Positions 49,301 to 58,330 of a stretch of 58,330 bases of DNA are shown in pieces. The notes under the pieces are model-generated. The model was not told the origin of the DNA and did not search any database. It saw nothing but the letters and a program-made list of their open reading frames with translations. The stretch lies in the sequence record SRR31156797_2267. One strand, 5' to 3'. Each line of letters starts with the position of its first letter. Positions within the stretch are counted from its first letter, which is position 1. The position numbers and the translations under genes are program-made.

Positions 49301-50384
49301 TTGCTACTTCCTTGATCTTTTCCGCTATCAATTCTATTTCTTCATTTGTTAAAAAAGGATGCATAGGCAGGGACATAACAGTTTCTGATAATCTATTTGA
49401 TATCGGAAAATCAATCCCTTGTCCAAGATAAGAAAAGGCCTCCTGCTTAGGTAAAGGCATAGGATAGTGAACTGCAGTAGGAATATCATTATCGGATAGA
49501 AATTCTCTTACTTTATCACGATTACTAACTCGAATAGTATACTGAGCCCAAACGCTGACATTTTCTTCAAGTACAACCGGTGTTTCAACAACACCCTCAA
49601 GGGCTCTGGTATAAGCTTCAGCTACTCGATTTCTTTCTTTGATCTCAGCATTAAAATGTTTCAGCTTAACTCTTAATATTGCAGCCTGTATTGTATCCAT
49701 CCGGCCATTAACACCGATCATTTTATGATGATATCTTTTTTCCTGTCCATGATTTCTGATCATGCGAAGTTTTTCCGCAATATCTTCATCAGATGTAAAC
49801 AGCGCACCGCCATCACCATAACAACCCAAGGGTTTTGCGGGAAAAAAACTGGTTGTGGCAATTTTTGTCAATGAACAAGAACGCTTGCCTTTATACTCGG
49901 CCCCAAAGGATTGGGCCCCATCTTCAAGCACCCATAGATCATTATTATCGGCTATTTCGTTTATCTTGTCAAAATCTGCACATTGTCCATATAAAGAAAC
50001 GACAATAATGCCTTTTGTTTTATCAGTTATCTTTTCTTCAATTTTTTCAGGATCCAGATTGAATGTTATCGGATCGACATCCACAAATACCGGTTTAGCT
50101 CCCAATACCGAGATCATTGTACCTGTAGCAATAAAGGTAAAAGCCGGACAGATCACTTCATCACCGGGTTTAATATCCATAGCGAATAATGCAAGAGAAA
50201 TTGCATCGGAACCGGAACTACAGGCAACGGCATGCGCCGCACCCGAGAAATCAGCCAGTTCTTCTTCCAGTGCCTTGATATCGGGTCCATTAATAAATGC
50301 CGTTTTATCAATAACACCTGCAATGGCACTATCAATTTCCTGCCGATATTCCAAATATTGACGGTGAAGATCACAAAATTTCAT
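49293..50384 (-). CDS. wbpE: DegT-family 3-aminotransferase, WbpE/WlbC-like
   Basis: [50 protein letters not shown]. Confidence 0.82.
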   Translation of the reverse strand: MKFCDLHRQYLEYRQEIDSAIAGVIDKTAFINGPDIKALEEELADFSGAAHAVACSSGSDAISLALFAMDIKPGDEVICPAFTFIATGTMISVLGAKPVFVDVDPITFNLDPEKIEEKITDKTKGIIVVSLYGQCADFDKINEIADNNDLWVLEDGAQSFGAEYKGKRSCSLTKIATTSFFPAKPLGCYGDGGALFTSDEDIAEKLRMIRNHGQEKRYHHKMIGVNGRMDTIQAAILRVKLKHFNAEIKERNRVAEAYTRALEGVVETPVVLEENVSVWAQYTIRVSNRDKVREFLSDNDIPTAVHYPMPLPKQEAFSYLGQGIDFPISNRLSETVMSLPMHPFLTNEEIELIAEKIKEVANV

Positions 50385-50395
50385 ATAATATCCGT

Positions 50396-51346
50396 TTAAT
50401 AACTTAGTTTTTCCATTAAATGTATGCCTGATAGAACATCTTCTCTAGAAGGGAACTTATCCCACATTTCTTTTGCGATATACTCATACATTGTATTATG
50501 TCCCTTCCCATAAACATGGTCAAGGGTAAAATCCATATCGGGTTTATCAATACCTTCAACATTCCAGTGACGGATGGTATTCAAATTTGTTCCTGCAAGA
50601 CGAATGATCCCTTTTTCAGCAACAAGGGTAAATTCCGTTTCGTAATTCTTTTCATAAGCACTTACTGTAGCATTTAAAGAGCCGACAATACCTGACTTAA
50701 ATCTCATGACTGCCGAAACCGAATCATATACTTCCAAGCCCCGAAGGAGTCCTCCCTGCCCTTTCCCGCTGACAAGTTCACCAAAAAAGAAATGGACCAT
50801 ATCAACATAATGGCTGGCCTGTGTATACAAGACACCTCCATCAAGCGATCGCGTCCCATGCCAATCAATTTCAAAATATGCATCATTTCTATTCCAGATA
50901 ACATTACAAATAAATTGATGTATTTTGCCCAGTTTACCGCTATCGATCAGATCTTTTAACATAACAACAAGAGGATTATATCTATTCTGATATACGGCCA
51001 ACAAAGTCTTTCCTGCCTTATCTACCCGGGAAAATACTTCATGAGATTCCCTTACTGTCAAACTCAAGGGTTTTTCACAAAGAATATAAGGAGCATCTGT
51101 TGATTCAGCGATCTCAGCAACATGTTCAGGATGATTACCCGACGGAGTTAAAACGCTTATAACATCAACATTCTTAATATCCCTATAATCAGTTACATAT
51201 GGAATATTCAATGCTTTTGCAGTTTCTTTTGCTCTTTTTTCAACTATATCACAAACTAGAGAAATTTCAACACCATCAGTATCTTTAATAGCTTCAATAT
51301 GCCGCTTTGATATTCTTCCACAACCAACAAGTGCAATTTTTTTCAT
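50396..51346 (-). CDS. wbpB: Gfo/Idh/MocA 3-dehydrogenase, WbpB/WlbA-like
   Basis: GCGRIS, TPSGNH, CEKP, QNRYN, DGGVL..QASHYVD; ATG at 51346 with RBS GAAGGA. Confidence 0.78.
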   Translation of the reverse strand: MKKIALVGCGRISKRHIEAIKDTDGVEISLVCDIVEKRAKETAKALNIPYVTDYRDIKNVDVISVLTPSGNHPEHVAEIAESTDAPYILCEKPLSLTVRESHEVFSRVDKAGKTLLAVYQNRYNPLVVMLKDLIDSGKLGKIHQFICNVIWNRNDAYFEIDWHGTRSLDGGVLYTQASHYVDMVHFFFGELVSGKGQGGLLRGLEVYDSVSAVMRFKSGIVGSLNATVSAYEKNYETEFTLVAEKGIIRLAGTNLNTIRHWNVEGIDKPDMDFTLDHVYGKGHNTMYEYIAKEMWDKFPSREDVLSGIHLMEKLSY

Positions 51347-51440
51347 TCTATATCCTTCAATTGATTTAATTTGAAATATAAGAAAATAAGATATAATTAT
51401 CAATCAATAACATTTAAAGAAATTCTGCTTTTTTCAATGT

Positions 51441-51479
51441 AAAAAAAATAGAGACACACATTTATGCATCTCTATTTTT
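51441..51479 (-). terminator. Intrinsic terminator after the SSS gene
   Basis: Minus strand ATAGAGATGCAT-AAAT-GTGTGTCTCTAT (with GU pairs) followed by a T-tract. Confidence 0.7.
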
Positions 51480-51494
51480 GAAAAATATTTTTCC

Positions 51495-52937
51495 CTATTC
51501 TACAGGTTTCTTGATCAATACAAGTAATCTATTCATTAGAATTGATGAGGTCACACCGATCAGTGTATACCATGTCCAATTGATCTTGAACAAGCCTTGC
51601 CAACCCGCAACAATAATAAATGTCATGACGGCAATTGAGAAAAAGAAAGGAACAATATATTGCCACCTGTCACATTTTTTAAAGAACCTGACAGCAATGA
51701 ACACACCAAGCGTTCCACCATAAGTAAATGATGCGATCGATAATCCGATCTCTACAAGAGGGCTATTCTGGTTAGTGAATATCATGGCTCCAAATACCAT
51801 AACTACTCCCCATGCAAGGGTCGTTATACGACTGATCTTCAACCATTTATCTTCATCAGTAATTCGTTTGAATATTGGCCTGAAAATATCAACCGTAATA
51901 GAACTTGACATGGCACTTAGAGAACCGCTGAGTGTCGTCATAGAAGCAGCGAAAATTCCTGCAACTGTTATACCTTTCACTACAGGAGGCAAATTATCAA
52001 TGATAAATTTTGTAAATAATTCATCCGGTTTAGTTATGCCCAAAGCTTCAAAGCTAGCGCCATTCCAAACCATATAAAGCATCGCTCCAATACAAAGAAA
52101 GATCACAAACTGGACAAATACAACAAGACCGCTGCCGACCATAGCTTTTTTTGAATCTGAGGTACTCTTACAACTTAAAATTCGTTGCACGATCAACTGG
52201 TCCGTACCATGACTTGCCATAGAAAGCATCGCTCCGCCAATTATTCCTCCCCAAAGCGTATATCCCGAACCCGGTTTAAAGTTTACCAGAAGTGTTTTTC
52301 CCTTTTCTACCAGATCAGCAACAGACGCTCCGGCATCCGGCAACATATTCATACCAATGACCAAGGCGGCCACCGCTGCACCCATGTAGATGATCCATTG
52401 CGCGAAATCCATCCAAACCACACCTTTGATACCCCCCATCAAAGTATAAGCTACTGTAACGATCCCAAGGATCAATAATGAGTAGAAGTAAGGTAAACCG
52501 GTGATCATCGAAAGTGGAATTGCTACAGCAAAGAGCCTAACTCCGTCTGCGAGTAAGCGTGTGATCATAAATGTGATAGACATAATACGCTGCATGGTCA
52601 CGCCACCCTTATCTGTGATAGCCTGATATACTGATATATAATTTCCTTTTGCATACATTGGAATAAATATTAAAGAAACTAAAATACGACCCACAATGTA
52701 TCCAATACAAACTTGGAGAAACGTAAAATTACCCAAATATGCCACACCGGGGATCGAGAGAAATGTGAGTACAGAGGTTTCAGCTGCAACGATAGAGACC
52801 ATAACGGCCCACCATGGCAACTTATTCCCTGCCGAAAAATAGTCTTTCATGTTTTTTACACTTCGTCCCAATAAAGAACCGGCTGCAAATACACCGATCA
52901 TGAATGCTGCGATTATGGCAATATCAACCCAATGCAT
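51495..52937 (-). CDS. Sodium:solute symporter (SSS family)
   Basis: DYFSAG..LPWW, SIVAAETS..TF...PG, YTLMGGIKGVVWMD, GTDQLIVQR, AASMTTLS. Confidence 0.92.
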   Translation of the reverse strand: MHWVDIAIIAAFMIGVFAAGSLLGRSVKNMKDYFSAGNKLPWWAVMVSIVAAETSVLTFLSIPGVAYLGNFTFLQVCIGYIVGRILVSLIFIPMYAKGNYISVYQAITDKGGVTMQRIMSITFMITRLLADGVRLFAVAIPLSMITGLPYFYSLLILGIVTVAYTLMGGIKGVVWMDFAQWIIYMGAAVAALVIGMNMLPDAGASVADLVEKGKTLLVNFKPGSGYTLWGGIIGGAMLSMASHGTDQLIVQRILSCKSTSDSKKAMVGSGLVVFVQFVIFLCIGAMLYMVWNGASFEALGITKPDELFTKFIIDNLPPVVKGITVAGIFAASMTTLSGSLSAMSSSITVDIFRPIFKRITDEDKWLKISRITTLAWGVVMVFGAMIFTNQNSPLVEIGLSIASFTYGGTLGVFIAVRFFKKCDRWQYIVPFFFSIAVMTFIIVAGWQGLFKINWTWYTLIGVTSSILMNRLLVLIKKPVE

Positions 52938-52967
52938 GTTAATCCCTTTTCTGTTTAGTCAATTAAT

Positions 52968-52996
52968 AAAAACCCGTCCATCAGATGATGGACGGG
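52968..52996 (-). terminator. Intrinsic terminator after the outer-membrane protein gene
   Basis: CCCGTCCATC-AGAT-GATGGACGGG perfect stem with an A-run on + (U-tract on -). Confidence 0.75.
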
Positions 52997-53027
52997 CAAA
53001 TATACAACAAAGATTTGTTTTTAAAAA

Positions 53028-54659
53028 TTAAAAGTTGAATCCAGTTTCAACATTCATGATGGTAACATTTTCATTCTTGGGATCAATGACACTATCACCG
53101 TTCATATCGCGGTAAGTCAGCATATAATTATATACTATGCTTACACCGCCACCAAGATCCATTCCCAATCTAGCTCCCATAACAGTTCGCTCTGAAGGAT
53201 TCTTAAAATCCCATGGGTTCGGATCATTATTTCTGTGATAATATGCGGTTATTTCAGATACTAAAGGAATAGCTTCTTTAGGAACTTGCGCCTCAGCCTG
53301 GAAAGTCTGTAAAACATCGCCTGTTTCAGATACCATATTCATATAATTGCAATCCAGAGTAAAGAAATTCAATATATTGATGCCAACCGAACCATAAAAA
53401 CCCTGCAATTCCGGCAAGTTCATAGCTAACAATTGGTCATATTTGGTTTTGGCAACAAAGTTTTGATCTTCATCCTGAACGAAATAAACACGGTTCAAGT
53501 CATAATTTCTGTCAAAGAATCCATACTGAAAGTTCTCTTGAGCCCATCTGTATTCAACTTTGGCTGTCAGGAAATTACTGACTGTAATTCCAATACCTAC
53601 CGGTGACGTTCCAAGGAATAGATCATCTTGAGTTAGTTCCATAAGTTCTTTACTACCATCCAGATAACCCATTACAGCACCTACTGAATATAATTCAAGT
53701 GAGAATCCGCTGCTTCTGATGATCGGGATCGTAATATCTGCACTTGCAGAAAATACGGTAGGATGCTCTGTCATTAAAGTATCCACAGTTGGAATATAGA
53801 TCGTGCTTATGCTATCAATACTTTCATAACCGTCATATGTTGGGAACATTGGATTAATATATTCATCAATGATTTCCGTTGTAAGCCCGGGTACAGGTGT
53901 ATATTCCCAAAGATTATCACCATCATCATCAACATCGGCAGCATCTGCTACTCCATCCCCATCCGTATCAACATGGAATAAGGGATTTAATGGAAATTGG
54001 TCCATAAGGTCCGCATATCCATCGCCATCCATATCTTCTTCAAAGGCATTGTAAGGATTCAAATCCGCTACCGCACTTAAGCCGATCTCAAGAAAGCCAC
54101 CGACTGAGAAACGTCCACCCACAAGTCCGGGATAAGCGCTTACTCCACCCAATTCTGTCCAGTCAGCCATAAATCCATAAAAACTCAATGCAATGCCGCG
54201 TTCTTCCTTGAACTTATTGGTTAGTGCGATCTCCGTACCGAAACGCTTTTTAACAGGATATTCGAGCATATTGGTGTATCTGTCGATCAAAATCCCGTTC
54301 ACCAGGGTAACATCATCCAAACCGCCGATCCTTAAATAGAAAGGATCGTATTTGCTTGCCCAAGAAAAGAAGTACAGCATATTGAGATAATCTTCAAATT
54401 CATCCCAGTTATGCGCACTGATCTTTCCTTCGCCATTGATATACACAGCAAGATCCAAGCCCATGCTTAATTTACCAATGGTAAAGGTCGGACGAAATGC
54501 GATTTGATTGTAGAGTTCCCCGTCAATTGTGACAGCCCCGATACCCAATCCCGTTTCAAACATCGAAGATAGGCCTGTATCCTCGCCATCCTCAGCTTGA
54601 AGCGCTAAAGGCATCATAATAATCATTAACATGACTACTAACAAACATGTCTTCTTCAT
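53028..54659 (-). CDS. Hypothetical outer-membrane beta-barrel protein with TSP3-like Ca-binding repeats
   Basis: Signal peptide (..ALQA/E), amphipathic strands, DMDGDG/DTDGDG/DDDGD cluster, C-terminal GFNF. Confidence 0.6.
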   Translation of the reverse strand: MKKTCLLVVMLMIIMMPLALQAEDGEDTGLSSMFETGLGIGAVTIDGELYNQIAFRPTFTIGKLSMGLDLAVYINGEGKISAHNWDEFEDYLNMLYFFSWASKYDPFYLRIGGLDDVTLVNGILIDRYTNMLEYPVKKRFGTEIALTNKFKEERGIALSFYGFMADWTELGGVSAYPGLVGGRFSVGGFLEIGLSAVADLNPYNAFEEDMDGDGYADLMDQFPLNPLFHVDTDGDGVADAADVDDDGDNLWEYTPVPGLTTEIIDEYINPMFPTYDGYESIDSISTIYIPTVDTLMTEHPTVFSASADITIPIIRSSGFSLELYSVGAVMGYLDGSKELMELTQDDLFLGTSPVGIGITVSNFLTAKVEYRWAQENFQYGFFDRNYDLNRVYFVQDEDQNFVAKTKYDQLLAMNLPELQGFYGSVGINILNFFTLDCNYMNMVSETGDVLQTFQAEAQVPKEAIPLVSEITAYYHRNNDPNPWDFKNPSERTVMGARLGMDLGGGVSIVYNYMLTYRDMNGDSVIDPKNENVTIMNVETGFNF

Positions 54660-54732
54660 AATGGTTACTCCTCGATTTATTATTATATCTCAAATAATAT
54701 AATTCACTTTTTTCGAAAATGACATAATTTTC

Positions 54733-55479
54733 TTAATCAAGAGACACTTTAACTTTGCCCCCTATTGCAAATGACCTATCCTTAAAAATACTGATATGCT
54801 TTAAGTTGACCACTTCTATCGCTTTATCTACAACTTCCTCAATATCATCTACTTTTACGACTTGATTGGCAAAAGCAGTTGCATATTGATCTGCCAGGAC
54901 CGCATCACAACAAGCTACAGAAACAAGATCGGCATTTCCCAAACTTTTTGAATGCCCGAATTTTCCTGAGGATGCACAAAGTCCCATAGGGCACATATCC
55001 GGTTCAATATCCAATTTGATCTTGTTCGAAAGCGGATGATCACCTGCAAAAAGCGATACTTTGATCTTTTTTACAACATCAATGAACAGATCACCGCCAT
55101 TTTCAACAATGATCTCATTAAAACCAAATTCAGTTTTACAGGCTATTCCAATCTCTTCTGCATAAAGACCCGCTATTCCTGCCATGGGTCCAACTTCAGT
55201 TATCACCGAGCCCAAGGCAAGCCTTTTAACAAGTGACGGAGCATCATCCGGGACATCATATGGACCAAAAGTATTCTTGTAAACGGGGTCGTTCTTAAAA
55301 TATTCTTCAAATACATCCCATAATGAACGACATTTTTGATCTATAAAAGATAAGATATTTTCTTTTGGTACATTGTTTTTTTCATCATATGCCAGCCAAA
55401 TATCGGTGTCCCGATATTTGTAGACCAATGAATTGAAACGCCCGCCCATATCTTTGCGATAGAACCTGGGTTCAAACAT
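54733..55479 (-). CDS. UPF0280 / COG2122 ApbE-like protein
   Basis: VGPMAGIAG, IVENGGDLF, GLCASSG..GHS.SLG.AD, ADQYATAFAN. Confidence 0.85.
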   Translation of the reverse strand: MFEPRFYRKDMGGRFNSLVYKYRDTDIWLAYDEKNNVPKENILSFIDQKCRSLWDVFEEYFKNDPVYKNTFGPYDVPDDAPSLVKRLALGSVITEVGPMAGIAGLYAEEIGIACKTEFGFNEIIVENGGDLFIDVVKKIKVSLFAGDHPLSNKIKLDIEPDMCPMGLCASSGKFGHSKSLGNADLVSVACCDAVLADQYATAFANQVVKVDDIEEVVDKAIEVVNLKHISIFKDRSFAIGGKVKVSLD

Positions 55480-55483
55480 ATTA

Positions 55484-56626
55484 TTATTCCGTTTTTAGGG
55501 TCTTTAAAGATGTATTTTCAGGAAATAATTGAACAGCTTCTGCAATGGTAAATTCACCATTTATTATTTGTTCTTTTAAAATATCAGCAATTTTGCGAGC
55601 CTTTTTTAATGAAGACATGGGAACAGTTGGAACTTTTTTACCGTCAATTTCGATTGAACCGCTTCTTAATTGTTCATAGTTGACAGTCTTTAACACCGGC
55701 ATTCCGGGAGAACCATAATCCTTGACATATGTATCGATCTCACGGTTCTTGATCGATACATATTTTGCTATTTCTTCATTCAATACCGGAATGGGAATTC
55801 CAATGCCGATGAACATACTTACACCATACTTTTCATAGTAGGCTGCCCGGATAAATTCTGTGTCCATTTCTTTCATGTTCCCTGTCACGGTCAAGGTCGC
55901 AGAATTGGGGATCGGGACTCCATTTTCGTTTCGTTCAGAATCAGTCCTATACTGAGTTCCATTCCAGGTTACAAAGCCTTGTGCACCTGCCAGGAATATC
56001 CTGGTTCCAATACCAATTGTTTTCAAATAAGGGTCATTAAGTAATGGGCTTAATTCACCTGATGTTGAGTAAGTTACATTAGTACACCTAGGTTTAAGAA
56101 TACCCATATATGTAAATTTTTTCTCATCGGTCGTATTCGTTGCAGCTGGGTAATTCTGGTAAGCGTTCCGAGGATTATGAAGGATCATTTCATTGATCGA
56201 ATCACGGTTGATTTTTGTTTTCAATTCCTTTCTCGGATAACAGTCAGTTCCTTTAGCTTTTGCTTCCAGTTCCACGTCTTCTCCGGCGATCAAAGATTGA
56301 ATAACGTGCGCTCCACCATAAGTTGGATCATCAGGCGATTCTTGCGTTACTCCGATATAGGTATCTGCAGCCGCAATGCCACCATAAGCCTCTACTCCAT
56401 TCAGGGTCAATTTTTCCATTCGCATAGGAGGTGATGGATGTCCAAAATTTATAAATGCTCCCGACGAACACATCGGACCGAAAGTTGCAGTTGTTACCAC
56501 ATCTACTTTTTCGGCTATTTCCGCCGGGGTCAGTTCCTCGGCCAATTTTGAGACTTCCTCGGCCGTCAGGACTACTGCTTCTCCCCTTGCGATCTTTTCA
56601 TTGATTTCCTGATAGGTTTTCGCCAT
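55484..56626 (-). CDS. DUF39 homocysteine-biosynthesis protein (aspartate-semialdehyde sulfurtransferase)
   Basis: KTYQEINEKI..GEAVVLTAEE, VDVVTTATFGPMCSSGA, GTDCYP, NPRNAYQNY, SPLLNDP, GIGTRIFL. Confidence 0.88.
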   Translation of the reverse strand: MAKTYQEINEKIARGEAVVLTAEEVSKLAEELTPAEIAEKVDVVTTATFGPMCSSGAFINFGHPSPPMRMEKLTLNGVEAYGGIAAADTYIGVTQESPDDPTYGGAHVIQSLIAGEDVELEAKAKGTDCYPRKELKTKINRDSINEMILHNPRNAYQNYPAATNTTDEKKFTYMGILKPRCTNVTYSTSGELSPLLNDPYLKTIGIGTRIFLAGAQGFVTWNGTQYRTDSERNENGVPIPNSATLTVTGNMKEMDTEFIRAAYYEKYGVSMFIGIGIPIPVLNEEIAKYVSIKNREIDTYVKDYGSPGMPVLKTVNYEQLRSGSIEIDGKKVPTVPMSSLKKARKIADILKEQIINGEFTIAEAVQLFPENTSLKTLKTE

Positions 56627-56824
56627 TAAATTCCTTTCTTTCCTGAAATATAATAATTTTTATATACAAAGTATAAACGAATATTCAGTAAATACTACAA
56701 AATGCCGAACCCACAGGGCAAAACTGTTTCCAATTACCACATTCATGCTTTTATATTGTTTAACAAAATCTAAAAACTTACATTTAGCCTGAAAATGAAT
56801 AATTACTGAACTTACAGGAGTAAA

Positions 56825-57862
56825 ATGAAAGTTAAAGTACACGAATATGACTTGCCTTTAAAGTATAAATTCGGCATATCAAGAGAAACCAGAACGGTTC
56901 AAAAGACTGCGATCGTCGAAGTTATAGATGGAGATCTCTCCGGATTCGGCGAATGTGTAGCCAACCATAAATACTATAAATTTACCATCGAAATGATCAG
57001 AGATGATATCGATGCTGTTTCAAATTTTCTTGAAACACTTGATCTGCTTAAGACATCTCCGGAAATGGTCTGGAGCACTCTCAATGATCAATTAAAGCAC
57101 AATCCTTTCGCACAATGTGCTTTGGATATGGCTTTATGGGATCTTTGGGGTAAAAAGCAGGGTAAAAGTACTTATAAATTGTGGAACCTTGATCCCAAAA
57201 CAAGTCCTGTAACCGATTATACTATCGGTATAGATGAAACTGATATCATGATCAAAAAAATGAAAGAATTTGATGGTTGGCCGGTATTCAAGGTCAAACT
57301 TGGAACAGACCACGACATGGAGATCATGAGTAAACTACGGGAAAACACCTCTGCCATATTACGCATTGATGCAAATTGCGCATGGTCCGCTGATCAAACC
57401 ATTGACTATTCGCGTAAATTAAAAGAACTCAATGTTGAGTTCATCGAGCAACCCATGCCGGCTGAGGCAAGTATTGAGGATATGAAAAAAGTATATGATC
57501 ACTCTGTTTTACCCGTTATTGCTGATGAAAGTTGTATTTCTGAAGAGGACGTGGATAAATGTGCCGGACTTTTTCATGGCGTAAATATCAAAGTTGTTAA
57601 ATGTGGTGGATTGACTCCCGCTTTAAGAATGATCAAACGTGCTCGTGAACTTGATATGAATGTTATGGTCGGATGCATGACAGAATCTACCGTGGGGATA
57701 TCCGGAATCGCGCAATTACTGCCATTATTGGATTATGTAGATATGGACGGCCCTCTCCTTTTAGCTAAAGATATAGCACAGGGTGTTAAAATTAATAAGG
57801 GTGAAGTATCTTATCCGGATACACCAGGCAATGGCGTTACTTTGACGGGCTTTACCGAATAA
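56825..57862 (+). CDS. L-Ala-D/L-Glu dipeptide epimerase (enolase superfamily)
   Basis: KVKLG, DAN, EQP, ADES, NIKVVKCGG, GCMTES, DMDGP. Confidence 0.88.
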   Translation: MKVKVHEYDLPLKYKFGISRETRTVQKTAIVEVIDGDLSGFGECVANHKYYKFTIEMIRDDIDAVSNFLETLDLLKTSPEMVWSTLNDQLKHNPFAQCALDMALWDLWGKKQGKSTYKLWNLDPKTSPVTDYTIGIDETDIMIKKMKEFDGWPVFKVKLGTDHDMEIMSKLRENTSAILRIDANCAWSADQTIDYSRKLKELNVEFIEQPMPAEASIEDMKKVYDHSVLPVIADESCISEEDVDKCAGLFHGVNIKVVKCGGLTPALRMIKRARELDMNVMVGCMTESTVGISGIAQLLPLLDYVDMDGPLLLAKDIAQGVKINKGEVSYPDTPGNGVTLTGFTE

Positions 57863-57874
57863 AAGGATTTCAGC

Positions 57875-58306
57875 ATGGACAATAAAACAACAGCAAAAGA
57901 ATTGAAAAGTTGGAAGATCCACATGGCCAAACGTAATCCAACACGTGCAGTATCTGTATTGATACTCATATTGGTCTGCGCTTATTTTATTCAATTCACA
58001 ATGGAAGATCTTTTCTTTACAGTTATAGCGACCTTTGTTCTACTTATTATGGTCCTTCCCTATTATTTACCTACAACATTCATCCTAACAGATGAAGGTA
58101 TTGAAAAAAACATGCTTTTCTCTAAGCAAAAAAGAGCATGGAGTGAATTCAATCGTTATGCAGTGGAAAAAAATCTGATAAAACTTTTCACAATGAAGAA
58201 AAAATCCAGATTGGATAATTATCGCTCTTTATTGATCATCTGTAACAAGAATAAAGATGAGGTACTGAAAATTATTCAGGAAAGAATAAGTAGTGACAAA
58301 GCTTAG
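57875..58306 (+). CDS. Hypothetical membrane protein (2 TM + PH-like soluble domain)
   Basis: Two hydrophobic segments followed by PTTFILTDEGIE..W.EF; RBS AAGGA; 12 nt after the epimerase gene. Confidence 0.65.
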   Translation: MDNKTTAKELKSWKIHMAKRNPTRAVSVLILILVCAYFIQFTMEDLFFTVIATFVLLIMVLPYYLPTTFILTDEGIEKNMLFSKQKRAWSEFNRYAVEKNLIKLFTMKKKSRLDNYRSLLIICNKNKDEVLKIIQERISSDKA

Positions 58307-58330
58307 GGCTTAGATGCTTAGGGCTTAGAT
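58301..58330. repeat. Tandem repeat (GCTTAGGGCTTAGAT)x2, cut by the window end
   Basis: Two exact 15-mers built from GCTTAG units, overlapping the TAG stop. Confidence 0.75.

Noticed and set aside
1399-57994. Numerous short plus-strand and alternate-frame ORFs in the track (e.g. 14530-14961, 29749-30162, 49855-50361, 41243-41461)
   Set aside because: They overlap well-supported genes, lack motifs and RBS, and look like antisense shadow ORFs.
58301-58330. CRISPR array
   Set aside because: The repeats are adjacent with no spacers and no cas genes; no array was seen anywhere in the window.

Overview
This is an AT-rich bacterial window. An anaerobic diderm of the FCB/Marinimicrobia type is my inference and is not established. 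About 51 kb (116-51346) is a minus-strand surface-polysaccharide locus that converges on the 3' end of a tRNA (probably Ser). It contains a WbpB/E/D-like diaminouronate trio, a UpxY/RfaH-type antiterminator, rfbA/rfbB with two 4-aminotransferases, two sulfotransferases and an MBOAT/SGNH pair. It also has an ACP/FabH/FabG/ligase/GNAT acylation module linked to an ArnC/E/F/T-like lipid-carrier module, two Wzx flippases, one Wzy, a WbpG/HisH/HisF amidination trio, two 2-epimerases, an initiating phosphoglycosyltransferase and a Wzi-like protein. The standout is a cassette at 13138-24438 inside the glycan locus. It encodes a single-chain (S+E fused) cobalamin-dependent glutamate mutase, an ATP-grasp ligase, LicC/LicD-like enzymes, a deacetylase, a GNAT, a CapK-like ligase and a nitroreductase fused to a catalytically dead HD domain. 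I infer B12-dependent decoration of a surface glycan with 3-methylaspartate or a relative. Two copies of a bipartite ops/JUMPStart-like leader motif with a compensatory base pair are visible (38164-38211 and 46968-47016). The right end holds an SSS transporter, a Ca-motif outer-membrane protein, an archaeal-type DUF39+UPF0280 sulfur-assimilation pair, a dipeptide epimerase, a small membrane protein and a short tandem repeat. All calls come from motif recognition; no database searches were run.
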